A stretch of DNA of 64,000 bases from Camelus dromedarius (Eukaryota), in NCBI RefSeq assembly GCF_036321535.1, contig NC_087437.1, positions 1,798,001-1,862,000 of the forward strand. The letters run 5' to 3'. Position numbers and translations under genes: made by a program. The notes under the pieces were generated by a model. The model made no database searches and was not told where the DNA came from. It was given only the letters and a program-made list of their open reading frames with translations. Position 1 is the first letter of the stretch; every line of letters begins with the position of its first letter. Below, piece after piece: positions 13,913 to 26,488 of this stretch.

Positions 13913-16900
13913 CTGAGAAAGGAAGATCAAATGTAGTATTTGCAAGCTAACACAAGAATAAGTCTCTTAACCTTGCAAGAGATAAACTGAAACTGAAAAG
14001 CCAGAACACTGCAAAAGCCCTGCTTCATGAAGATAGGATTCATAAAATTCTTCCTGTAATTCCCCTTTTCTTTGGTTCATTAAGTAATATCCTAGGAAAA
14101 TCAAATTTATTCATTAATTATAACTTTTATCAGTGTGGGCACATCCTTATAAATACATATTAATTAGAAATAAAGGAAACAATATTCTATAGTGAAAACA
14201 GCACACTACACCAGAAGTAATATTTCTAATTTTCTTTTTTGAGAACAAAAACCATAAGCATCATTAAAATCTGATCATTATAATAACACAATGGACTGAG
14301 CTCTAGACTTAAAGACTAAAAACTCAAGAGTTTTAGCTCTCAAGTAATGTCAAGGACGGATAAGTAGGTAGGTAGATGGACAGATATATATATTTAAATA
14401 TTCTCTTGGAACACAGTATGCAAAAGCTACTAATTATCTGAATCTCAATTAAATTCCCAGTGTTTTCTTGGCTAATCTTTAAATATAAAAATTTAAGTCA
14501 TTAGGCAACTGAAGGCCAAATTAAGTTCTATGTTCAATCAAGAAGAGCAAACTAAGCAGCTGCCTCTTTGTTCGCCATTACTGTCAATGAGTCGGGACTT
14601 TGTTTCATAATTACAGTCTTAATGGGATGTCAGGACATTATGTAACAAACAGAACATCGGTCAACCAGAAAGTAACAGGGCACTTGTTAAACGTGAACTG
14701 TTGAGACTCAGGATCAAGTGTGCTGTGTTAGAAGGAGGAGGGACACCGATGAAGAACTACTCACTGCACACCTGCTGTCCACCCTCCCTTTGGTAAGATC
14801 ACCCAATTTCACAGACACATCTGTCAGACACCAGCTTTTTAATTAGAGATGTTACTCTTTAACTCACAAACCTGCCCTCACGCATAATAAATTTTAGCAC
14901 AGAAGGAAGTTTGAGATGAATGCAAAAGATTTTAGGAAATGTTCTGGATTTAAATAAGCAGTTATTACTATTTCTTCATGTTTTAAGTCCCTAAATAGCA
15001 TGTATTAGAGGAAATCTGAGTTTTATCCTGCCAAATGTCCCAATCACATCTGGCTTTGAAAACAAAATTAACACCGTGAGTTGTATCCAGAAACCAACAG
15101 GAAGTCAGTGCAAACTGCAACTAAAGGTAATGTGTTTCATATGGATAGAGGATTTTAAATGCTTATAATATATTTCATAGGAGGAACTATATTCAGTGCA
15201 TCAACTAAACAGTGGCCAATAAGAAACTTTCATCTACACTAATTACTATTTCTAATTTTTAAATTCTGTTCATAAGTAAGGAATCTTTAAATGGCTTCTT
15301 TATACTTTGATTACATAATTGTTGGCATATGAGAAAAAGCATTTGGCTTGCAAACAATGTTGGATTTATTGCTCTGGTTCATTTAAAAAGCTATAGCACT
15401 TGGGGTACTTTCAGTGGAGCAATGAGACAAGATCTAAAGTTCTGCCTCAGCTAAGAATATATATCCTGCCTTAATTAGTACCTGCAAAAAGACTTCAGGA
15501 GACATAGCTATATGTTTATTTCTTTTTTCTAAGTAAATCTCACCAGGCAAAATTAGGTAATTCTATAGAAGACTGCTAACACAATGGTTCATGAATGGAG
15601 AAAAAAAAGAAAGGCCTTAATCTTTAATTCATTTTATAGACAATTCAATAACATTTTTCTGTAACATCTACCACAAAATTGCAACAGCTGCATTGTTCAA
15701 GCTCTAAGCCAGTAGCTCTCATATTCGGCTGCAAATTGCAGCCATGTGAGGACTTCCAAAACCCTGATGGCCCGGGTTTGACCCTCAGAGTCTCTGATGG
15801 GGATATGCACTTGGTGCTCCATTTGTGGTGTCATGATGTGGAGATACACTGACCCACCTCACCACAGTCTCATCATATGATGTCAACCTGAACAGAAGCC
15901 AAGGTGGGCCCCTTAGCAACCAAGGAGACCGGAACTTCCTGCTCATTTTTGACTTACATACACCCGTAAAATGGAGTTCCATGAGCATATGCTTGAACTT
16001 CTATGAGGCAATCCAAACAAGAAGTGGGTACTTGCGAGGCTGAGAGCAAAAGTGCACAGAGCACAAGGCGTGGAGATGATAGACCTGTTGATGGTGGCTA
16101 TTTGCATTCCAGGACCCCAGGGTGAATGCTACACAGGAGTGAGTGCCAAACAGAAGCAAATTTGTCTGTGGGAGCAAGGGATAGACAGGGAGAATCCACT
16201 ACTCTCCTAGTCTTCTAGATTTCTAAGAATGCCCCAAGATACGAGAGAGAATACTCTTCCCCAAGGCCTAAAGGAAGCTTGCTGCTTCGTGAAAATCTGG
16301 GAGACTGACCCAAAATTGCAGGGAACAAGAGTCCCTGCACATCCCGAGCTGTGAGGCAGGAGAAGGGGTGCCCAGAGAATGCCCCAATCAGGGAGGCGAG
16401 CTCGGCAGTGCCTGCCCTCACCAGCCACGCCAGGTAGTGGAGTGTCTGAGCAGGTAGGGCTTCATGCATGTGTTCACGCTGAATTGCTTTCCTGACAGAA
16501 AGTTAAAAGGAGGTGATTGGATAGCATCCTATACAGTAAAGTCTTAACATAAAATAAAGTCTCTAAAGAAATACCAAAGAAAAGGAAAGACGATGTTTAA
16601 AATGATGTGTAGAACACATGAGTGACTGGTAATCACAAGCACTCCATACATACTGTTAAATTAATGAATAAATTTATTCTATGTCAGATATGATGCCTAG
16701 GCCAAATCCCATACATCCTCTCCAGGAGTAACAAAACGATCCTGAAAGAGCAATTAAGAAATGCAAGTTCTGGGAATTCATTTTTCTTTTGCTAACTGAT
16801 ATTAGTGATAAGGACTATGAATTTTAAATATGCCTATCTCCTATAAAAAAATTGAATAATCCATTATTCTTACTAAATTACCTGGATGCAAAGTAAAGAC

Positions 16901-18131
16901 CCTAAGAGCTATAAGATTAAACAGTTACAAGACACACTATACTAGTTGTAAAAATTAAGATGAATTTCTTTTCACTTAATTGATACCGATGCCTAAACAT
17001 CAAGAAAAATAATTCCAGCTTGAAGGCAAGTGACAATATATCACTTCTGTGCACTGTCTCAACAAAAGCGAAAATAAACAAAGGACCAGTAAGCACAAGG
17101 GGGTAAAAAAGCTCATCCTGATAATTAGTTATCCAAACATATTAGCTTTTGACTACTTTAGGTATAATTGGCAAAATGATTTCTTTATGACAGGACTCAT
17201 TTAGTGACACCACAACTTCACATTAATGTAGCATTTTACAATTAACTTTAACTAGTAATTAGCTGGCATGAATCTTGTTGCATTACCATATATACTTTGT
17301 GACCAGATTTTAATAGGACCATCTCATCTGCATTCACACAATTTTGTTAAACTAACTATTCTTATAAGTTGCCTTAAGATAAATCTACTTTATTTTTCAT
17401 ATTAGAAGCTTTCCCTGGACTACAAATATGTGGGGGGAAATAACATTTCAATAAAAACAAACTAGGTAGCTAATCACATCTTGAGTTACATTTCAGTCTA
17501 TCTCCAGATATGCACCTTTTATTATTAATAATAAATAGTTTCTGGAAACCAAGTGCTCACTGCTTGATGAATAATAAAGAAGACACAATGTTCAAAATCA
17601 TAAGATTCCAAACTATAAACAAAGTAGCAAATATATATATATCTGACATAGAGTAATAAAAAGAATTTTATAGTAATCATTTTTCAGTGGGGCAGCATTA
17701 AAGTAAAAAAAAAATCACACCAAACTTTCAGTGATAAACTCAATTATTTACAGTCAAAAGTTACTTCTAAAAGAAAATAATTCCAAATGAAGTGTGTGGA
17801 TTGCTTATGCTGTCTTACAGCTGATAAAAGCATTCCACTGTGTAGACAATTATACTCGTTTCCCATGGGACCACCACCCTGGAACTCCCTGTCCCACCCG
17901 GCCTTTAAACGTACTCTAAGAACCCTGATTTTGTTCTCTGGCTCAGGGTCTGTGTTCCTCCGGAGAGGCAGCTGCACCTCCAACCACGACGCACCCTCAA
18001 GCAGCAAGTTATTACTGCCCTTACTACCCACGGTGGTCTTAACCCCAGGGACTGCTTTAGGAATGAGCCTGTAACGCAATTCTCATCACTGAAAGGGCTT
18101 GTTGGATCTACAAGAGGATTCTGGGAAGGCC

Positions 18132-18133
<2 letters not shown>

Positions 18134-18179
<46 letters not shown>
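18134..18179. repeat. (AC)23 microsatellite
   Basis: Perfect dinucleotide run. Confidence 0.98.
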
Positions 18180-18182
<3 letters not shown>

Positions 18183-19447
18183 CACACCACAAGCACTAAA
18201 TGGGGGAATTTACCCTTTATCTGGTCATTATCCATGAGAGTCATCCTGAAAACATGGGGAGAAGCAGCCTATGAGGACACACCCAAGCTGGGAGGGGAAA
18301 ACAAAAAACAGAAGGAACGTAGGTTTTTTTTTTTTTTTTTTATGATGCTGTTGAAGTCCCCAGTTAACAATCCCTAGAAACGCCCTGCTTCAGGGCTTAC
18401 CTGTAGGTGAAAGCGCCTGAACTGATGACCACGGTAACAGACCTCAAAAATCACTTTGTGATCACAGAACACTTATGAAGTTCAATTACACATTATGCCA
18501 CAAACTAAGGCTCAACTAAAGAACATAAATTATAGAGATCACATTCTCTTAACATAATGTAATAAAACCTGAAATTCATGACAAAAATATAATACAAAAA
18601 AAGTTAAATAAGGAAAAAAAATTTTAATTCCCCTCAAGTAATAAATCATTTTTCAAATAAATAAGAAGCTAAAGAAACAATTGCAAAATCTTTAGAAAAT
18701 AAAATGAGAACATCACATACCAAAGAAGAAAGAAAAGAAGAGATAGGAGAAAAAAGAAATATGACCAGAATATAACCAGATATATATTAGAAGAAAAGAA
18801 AATAGCAATAAGCAAAATAAAGATAAAAATAGATGAATCTGGAAGAGACCTGGAAAACTAATCCGAGAGAGTCTCTTTGAAGCGGCCAGAGAGACCAGCC
18901 TCTAGCCAGCCTAATAAAGAACAACTAGAAAACACACAATATGCAACATAGGAGTAAGAAAAACGTGTCACTTCAGAAACAGACACTATAAAAATTGTAA
19001 AGAACATTACATTCAGGAAACAATACTAAGTCTGAATACCTTACTGTTTTCTCATGATCATGCCCTTAAGAAGCCTTTCCTAACCAATAACCTGCCCTTG
19101 AAATTAAATGCTAAGGAGTAAGACTTTGTTGGGTAGGACTGAGCTTTGTAAGGCACGATTACAATCTCTAAGTTTTTTTTTTGTTTTTTTTCTGTCTACC
19201 CTCCTGACCTAAGCCAGTTTTCACAGTATTGTTCTTGCTAAGAATGCATGCATTAATACTACTGTATATTAGAAAGATAAAGATTTTCAAGGCAGATTCA
19301 AGAGGGAGAATACCAGAAATGTTAAAAAAAAATGGGTAAAGCTGTACAAATTTTCAACAAATTACTACCAAAAAGGTTAACAGACACAGATAATATTACA
19401 GAAAGATAATATCTAAATTTCAGAGTCTTATAATCTTTATGCTAGAT

Positions 19448-19649
19448 CAGGAGTTGGCAAATTCTGGCCCACTACATGTTTTTGTAAATAGTTTTATTGG
19501 AACACAGCCACATTCTCCCCCCTTACATATCATCTAAGACTACTTTCACACTTCAAGTGCTGAGTTGAGTAGTTGTGACGAATCATCTGGCTACAAAGCC
19601 TAAAACATTTATTACCTGGCCCTTAACAAGACAAAATTCCCAAACCCTG
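19448..19649. mobile_element. MER58A-type hAT-Charlie MITE
   Basis: Ends caggagttggcaaa ... ttcccaaaccctg; internal 'gttttattggaacacagccac'; degenerate 8-bp TSD tgctagat / ttctagac. Confidence 0.85.
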
Positions 19650-21859
19650 TTCTAGACCATAAAAGATAGGTAATACAACATTTGCAAAGCACATATAACC
19701 TTTGTGCATTTAATACAATAGATTTAATGTGTATATGAGATAAAAACAAGGAGAAATTAATAGAGAATAAGACAGTTATGAAAGGCAGAGAATAATGTAC
19801 ATTCTTATCGAACACATGTGAATGTTCACAAAAGTAACCAACCAAATATTAGTATAAAAGAATATATTCACAAATTCAAAAAACAGAAATCACACATATC
19901 TTTTTAAATGAATGTAATGAGATAAAATTAAAACATGGTTACAAAAATACTATCTATCTATCTATTGAACTTTAAAACCTTACTTACAAATGTGTTTGGG
20001 GTAAATTAAAAAAAATGAAAAGAAAAATTTCCATGCCCTTTATACATGAATAACAATTAGAGTTTATAAAATAAAGACTGGGAAATAGCCAAAGCAGGGC
20101 CAGAAGAATACCATAATATAAAGTACATTTATTTAGAAAACACAAGAGATTTTAGGTTCTTATTCAGAAAACAAGAAAAAAAAAAAAAAACTCACAAATA
20201 AATCCAAAGAGGAAGGTAGAATAAATTACTGAAGATAAAGGATGAAATTAATTAGAAAACAAAAGAAAAATATCAGGACACTTGAAACCCACGTTCTTTG
20301 GAATGATGAACAAAAATGGCAAAGTTTTAGCAAGTCTGACTAAGAAAAAAGAGACAACATCCAAATAAACCACACTAGGAACCCAAAAGGAAACAACTTC
20401 AGGGTGAAAGACATTTCTCTTTTAATTTCTCTCCATATAACTTTAATTTTAAAACCTAGACAGAATAGGTAAAATATCAGAAAAATACACTAAAACTTAC
20501 ATAAGAACAAAAAGAAAACATGAACACACCAATAATCATAGAAAAAACTAAAATGATAGTTAATGATTTAACTCTAAAAAAATGAAAAAGCAGTAAGCTC
20601 AGATGGTTTTTGAAAAAGTTTTCCAAATCTTATGCAATAAATTCCCATGTTATATAAAATATCTTAGGACAAAGGAAAAGATTTTATAAAAAGCTAACAT
20701 ATTTTAAGAGGCCAATATAATTGAATTCATAAACATGATAAATAAGAGAACAGAAACTTAAATGGAAATAGCATTTATGAACATAGATGCAACATTTTAA
20801 AATAAAGTATTATGTTAAATTACAAAAGTTAACCAAGTGTTGTGACCAAGTGGGATTTATCCAAGGTATATTAATATGTTTCAATAATAAAAAGGAAAAG
20901 AAAAAAAGAGTCCCAATGAATTTACTGTATTAAAGGAGAAAAAATCATACAATTATCAAATAGAGGCTGAAGTATCATGTAATGATATTCAACTCCAATT
21001 CCTAACACAAATGCTTAGCAAATTTTAATAAAGGGTATATATCAGAAATTTAGAGAAAAATTTATATGTAATGGTAAAATATTAGAAATCTCCATTAAAA
21101 GGAAGAATAAAACAAGAAGCTCTATTCTACCTGCTAAAATCCCACATCCCAATATCCAATTTGGGTACCGCAATATGATAAACAAAAATTTGGGACTATA
21201 AATATTGGAAAGGAAAAGATAAGATCATCATAATTCATAAACAGTATGATTATTCACTGAGAAAATCAGAGGTAATCAAAAGAAAAACAGTAAGAAATTC
21301 TGGCAAGTGGACTACATGCAAGGTCAACACAAAAATCAATAGCTTTCTTCCACCTCCAAAATAGCCAATTTAACAATCTAATAGAAAAAAGCAACATAAA
21401 CACCAAAGTGGGTATAGAACTAAAAGAAATGTGCAAGATCTTTATGAAGACTACTATAAAACTTTACTAAAGAACATAAATGAAGCCTGAATAAATGAAA
21501 AGACACACCCTGCCCAAGAATGGTGAGACTTAATACTGTGAAAGTGCCAGTTTTTAACAAATTTGTTGATAAATGTAATCCCCATCCCTATCAAAATTCA
21601 AACATGAATTTTCAGGAACTTGACAAGCTAATTCTAAAGCTTACATAAAATTTTAAAATACATGAAAAAATAGTTTAAAGAACATTATTAAAAAGAACAA
21701 TGTAGGAGTTTGAGCTATATGAAATAATACAAAAATAAAATAGCATTATATTAATTAGTGTGATATTAATACAGGAAGAAACAAATCAATTAACAGAAGA
21801 GAATTAAAAAGACTCAAAATCATCAGCATCATCATTCCATCATCACCATCATCACAGCT

Positions 21860-22090
21860 AAGATTTCCTTGGCTCTTCTTATGTGCCAGGCATGGTTCTA
21901 AATTTATTACATAGATTAGCTCATTTAATTCTTACAACAATTCTTGTGAATGGGTATATTTTTATTATTCCCACTTTACAGCTGAGAAAACTAAGACTCA
22001 GAGAGGTTAACTTGTCTAAGGTCCCACAGCTAGTGCTTGCCAGATAAGGATTCAAATTCAGTATATCCAACCACAGTAACCACCAAATTA
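21860..22090 (-). mobile_element. MIR SINE
   Basis: Core 'cccactttacagctgagaaaactaagactcagagaggttaacttgtctaaggtcccacagctagt'. Further MIRs lie near 9230-9440, 11480-11690 and 33610-33825. Confidence 0.85.
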
Positions 22091-22134
22091 TTCTGGTATG
22101 GTGCCACATAATTTATGGAGGTTGAGGATTTAAA

Positions 22135-22651
22135 AGGTAGTTTCCAAGCAGCAGACATGCTGAGGACCTTCCACGACCTCTCTAGATGGGCCCTTCTGCA
22201 CACTTCTCTGTGCCCAAGAGGCTGACCTGCTGGAACTACAACTGTGGGCTCCTATGACTTCCATTTGGTTTCAGTGAATTGGGGATGAGGGTAAAGAATT
22301 AGGTCAAGGTATTTGTTCTGACCCCTGAACCCTGTCTGTCCTCCACACACAGAACTGCCCCCTTTCTATAGGGTTCCCCAGAGCTCACCAAATCCCCTGC
22401 CAGAATGTCCCAGCCCCTGTCAGATGGCCCTCTGTGCTCAGCTCACTCATGTCTGCTTTCTACTTCCACTGACTTTATCCCTTAAGGCCTGGTGGTAGAA
22501 AAAGCAGTTGTTACTTGCTCCAGGATATGGCAGAATTCCTTTTAGTTTCCCTAAACTGCCAAACATTTGTGAAAATTTCTTTTTTAAACTCTTTAAAAAC
22601 TATTCCAGTTTACTTGCACAATCCGTTTTCTGCCAGAATCCTGGCTGACAC
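22135..22651. mobile_element. Old ERVL-class solo LTR (LTR33-like)
   Basis: Terminus 'ccgttttctgccagaatcctggctgacaca' and internal 'gaggctgacctg', 'tcaaggtatttgttc' resemble LTR33 as recalled; it interrupts the old L1. Confidence 0.55.
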
Positions 22652-24162
22652 ACTGAGAAAGAATCAGCTATCAAATCAGCTCTCCTTTGGGGGAAACAAA
22701 TGGTTAAAGCCTACCTCATATCAGTCACAAAAACTATTATAGACAAACTGAAGATCAACATGTTCAAAACAAACTATATAAATATCAATAGAAGGTATAG
22801 GAAGATATTTTATAAGCCTGGGAAAGAATTCCTTTTAAAAAAGACATAAAACTCAAAACACAAAAGAGAAAAAATGAATTGAATGACATCAAATTTTAAA
22901 TTTCTGTGTGACCAAAAAAAAAAAAAAAAAGCAACCGATTTGGCAGGCAAAACCTGTAACAAAAGAAAGCACTAATAATTAAGGCATGTAAAGAATGTCA
23001 AAATATCTACTAAAAAAGATAAGACACACAGTAGCAGAGTGAAAGAACACAGTCTACTAGACACTTTGTAAACCTATAGCAATAAAGGAGATGCTGGTAT
23101 TTTAAAAAAAACAGGGTTCCCTTCACAGTATCATGACAGACCAGACACCCTAAATAACGTACTTACTGACAACTATTAAAAATGTTATGTGAAATATTTT
23201 TTTGAAGGTATTCTAAAATGTATTTCTGATCAGGCAAGAGAGTAAGAAGCTGGCTGGGAAAAAACTAAAAGCTGAGCTCTGGGAGGGCAGGGAGCTCTCC
23301 CATCTCTCTGAACCCTTCTGATTTGATGGCTGCATAAGGCATCAGAGATGGCAACAAAGCCGATGGTCTCCACAAGCCAGGAACCTCAGAGAGGCTTCTG
23401 AATAAATTTAGAATTCGAAGTCTTCACCCCCGGTGTAAAGGTGAATGAGAAAGAAGCCCCTTGTAGGAGAGGAGGGTGAGATGCAAGTCTGGCTGACTGG
23501 GTTGGAAGGGAAACCCTCCCGGAGAGGTTCTAACCAGCAGGAGGACTCACACAGGTCTGCAGCCCAGATTCCCGCTGCACTAGCAGGAAGCACACAGCCA
23601 CCTCCAGCTAACAGTTTTTACATGTAGCCTTCAGGTGGCTGCACCCCCAGCAACTGGCAAAAGCAAATACAAACCCTCTCTGGAGGAAAATCAGCTTCAA
23701 CCCAGGATTGAAAGCATTACTAAAGGCAGCAACAGAAAGCCAGGGGAAGGACCAGCAAGCACCTGACAGCAGATACAGTGTGCACCATCAGTAAACAGAG
23801 AGCACAGAGAGACGCAGACCCTCACCAGCAGTGACCAGAGACGTGGAGACGGAGACAGCAACGCAACGCCACCTCACCCCATTTACTGGCAAAATTTATA
23901 AACCTCATCATATCTGGCACTGGCACAGATCTGGGAAGACCAAACCCTCATATGTTGCTGACTCGTCCATTATTCAACGAAGTATTTACTGAGCTCCTGT
24001 ATGTACATGGTGTTATTTTAGTGAAAACACAAAGTCTATTTTGAAGCTTATGTTATAGTGACCAGAGCCAAACAATAAACAAATAATTATATATAAAGGG
24101 GAGAGGAAGGAGCAGAGAGTTAAGGGATAAAAAGAAATATAAATCACAGTAAGTACACAGAG

Positions 24163-24245
24163 CAGAGGTCTGCAAACTTTTTCTGTAAAAGCCCAGACAG
24201 GAAATATTTCAGGCTGCTCGGGCCAAATGGCCTCAGTCCAGACTA
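24163..24245. mobile_element. MER58-type MITE, one half only (interrupted by Tigger1)
   Basis: 'cagaggtctgcaaactttttctgtaaaagcccagacaggaaatatttcaggct' is a MER58 terminus; it stops at a TA where Tigger1 begins. Confidence 0.8.
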
Positions 24246-25803
24246 CTGGCACCCCTCGTCTGACTGCTCTTCGTTTTCTTGCGCCTCACGGACACTGTGT
24301 TTTCCACAGTGGGAAGGTCTGTGGCAACCCAGCATCGAGCATGCCTATCAGCACCAATTTCCTAACAGCATTTGCTCACTTTGTGTCTCTGTGTCACATT
24401 TTGGTAATTCTCACAATATTTCAAAGCATTCATTATTATTATATTGTTATCCTGATCTGTGGTCAGCGATCCTTGCTGTTACTCTTCCCATTGTTTTGGG
24501 GTGCCGTAACGGTGCCCGTATAAGGTGATGAAGTTAATCTACAAATGTGCATTGTGTTCTGACTGCTCCAGTCATTGGCATTGCCCCATCTTGCTCCCTC
24601 TCCTCGAGCTTCCCTAGCCTCCAAGACAGGCAGTATTGAAATCAGGCTAACTGATAACCCTACAATGGCCTCTAAGCATTCAGATGAAAGAAGAGTGGCA
24701 TGTCTTTCACTTTAAATCAAAAGCTAGAAATGATTAACCTTAGTGAGGAAGGCATGTCAAAAGCCAAGACAGAATGAAAGCTGGCCTCTTACATCAAATA
24801 GCCAAGTTATGAATATAAAGTAAAAGTTCTTAAAGAAAATTAAAAGTGCTACTCCAGCGAACACACAAATGATAAGAAAGCTAAACAATCTTATTGCTGA
24901 CATGGAGAAAGTCTTAGTGTCTGGATAAAAGGTCAAACCAGCCACAATATTCCTTTAGGCCAAAACCTAATTCAGAGTGAGGCCCCAGCTCTTCAGTTCT
25001 ATGAAGGCTGAGAGAGATGAGGAAGCTGCAGAAGAGAATTCAGAAGCTGGCAGAGGCTGGTTCATGAGGAGAGAAGCCGTCTCTGTCACACTGAAGCACA
25101 GGTGCAGCAGCCCGTGCTGATGCAGAAGTGCAGCAAGTTCTCCAGAAGATCAGCTCGATCATCCATGAAGGCGCCACATCAGACAACAGCGATTTTCAAC
25201 ATAGGTGAAACAGACTTACACTGAAAGAAGGTGCCATCCAGGACTTCCATAGCAAGAGAGGAGAAGCCAGTACCTGCCTTCAAAGCTCCAAAGGACAGGC
25301 TGACTCTCTTGTTAGGGGCTAAAGCAGCTGGTGACTTTAAGTTGAAGCCAAAGCTCATTTACCATTCCAAAAATCCTAGGGCCCTTAAGAATGATGCTAG
25401 AGGAGAAGGTACAGCTCAGTGGTAGAGTGCATGCTTAGCATGCATGAGGTCCTGGGTTCAATCCCCAGTCCCTTCATTAAAAAATAATAATAAACAAATA
25501 AATAAATAAACATGATTATCTCCCCACTAAAACAAAACAAAACAAACAAACAAGAATAATGCTAAATCTACTCTGTCTATGCTCTATGAGTGAAGCAACA
25601 AAGCCTGGACAACAGCACATCTGTTTACAACATGTTTACTGAATATTTTAAGTCCACTGTTGAGACCTACTGCTCAGAAAAAAAAGATTCCTTTCAAAAT
25701 GTTACTGCTCACTGATGATGCCTCTGGTCACCCAAGAGCTCTGATGGAGATGGACAATGAGATTAATGTCATTGCACGCCTGATAATGCAACATCCACTT
25801 GGC
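24246..25803 (+). mobile_element. Tigger1 DNA transposon, left ~1.4 kb with decayed transposase
   Basis: Left-end motifs after a TA site; 'aaatcaaaagctagaaatgattaaccttagtgaggaaggcatgtcaaaagccaagacag'; ORF 25231 [40 protein letters not shown] is Tigger transposase. Confidence 0.93.
25400..25551 (+). mobile_element. tRNA(Ala)-derived SINE, camelid Vic-1 type, inserted in Tigger1
   Basis: A-box 'agctcagtgg', B-box 'ggttcaatcc', 'tgcttagcatgca' anticodon-like arm and A-rich tail; 13-bp TSD aagaatgatgcta (25387-25399) / aagaataatgcta (25552-25564). Confidence 0.9.
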
Positions 25804-25846
25804 AGGATTGTTTTTAACTAAGGTATTAAACTAAAGGATTGTTTTC

Positions 25847-26488
25847 AACTAAAAATAGAGTTACCATATGATCCAGGAATCCTAATCATGGGCATATATC
25901 TGGGGAGAACTCTAATTTGAAAAGACACATGCACCCCAATGTTCACAGCATTATTTACAATAGCCAAGACATGGAGGCAACTTAAATGTCCACTGACAGA
26001 TGAATGGATAAAGGAAAAGTGGTGTATATATATAATAGAATACAACTCAGTCATAAAAAAGGATGAAATAACACCATTTGTAGCAGTATGGATGGACCTA
26101 GAGATTATCATACTAAGTGAAGTAAGTCAGAGAAAGACAAATATCATATAATACTACTTATATGTGGAATCTAAAACAATGACACAAATGAACTAATTTA
26201 CAAAACAGAAACAGACTCACAGACATAGAGAACAAACTAATGGCAAACTAATGGTTACCAAAGGGGAAAGGGGGAGAGAGATAAATCAGAAGTTTGGAAT
26301 TAGCGGATACAAACTACTATATATGAACAACAAGGCCCTACTGTGTAGCACAAGGAACTATATCCAGTAACTTATAATAACCTATAATGAAAAAGCATAA
26401 GCATATAGCTAAATAACTATGCTGTATACCAGAAACTGACACAGCATTGTAAATCAACTACATTTCAATAAAAATTTAAAACAAAAAT
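25847..26488 (+). mobile_element. L1 3' end (ORF2 C-terminus plus 3' UTR), intermediate age
   Basis: ORF 25939 [25 protein letters not shown]...MDLEIIILSEVSQ; the 3' UTR ends 'gtaaatcaactacatttcaataaaaa'. Confidence 0.92.

Larger units (their letters stand above)
18400..23100 (+). mobile_element. Ancient fragmented L1 ORF2 (L1M/L1ME-like), interrupted by MER58, MIR and an LTR
   Basis: Colinear decayed ORF2 motifs: 'tgaccaagtgggatttatccaagg', 'caaggtcaacacaaaaatcaatagctttc', 'gtgcaagatctttatgaagactactataaaactttactaaaga', 'gaacttgacaagctaattctaaa'. Confidence 0.75.

Noticed and set aside
14637..14646. Perfect PAR-bZIP/D-box motif ATTATGTAAC in unique sequence
   Set aside because: A single 10-mer is expected by chance in 64 kb of AT-rich DNA (another match lies in a MIR near 49090); there is no independent support.
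25400..25475. tRNA-Ala genes (also ~31655-31730)
   Set aside because: The tRNA-like heads continue into A-rich SINE tails flanked by TSDs and the acceptor stems are degenerate; these are SINEs.
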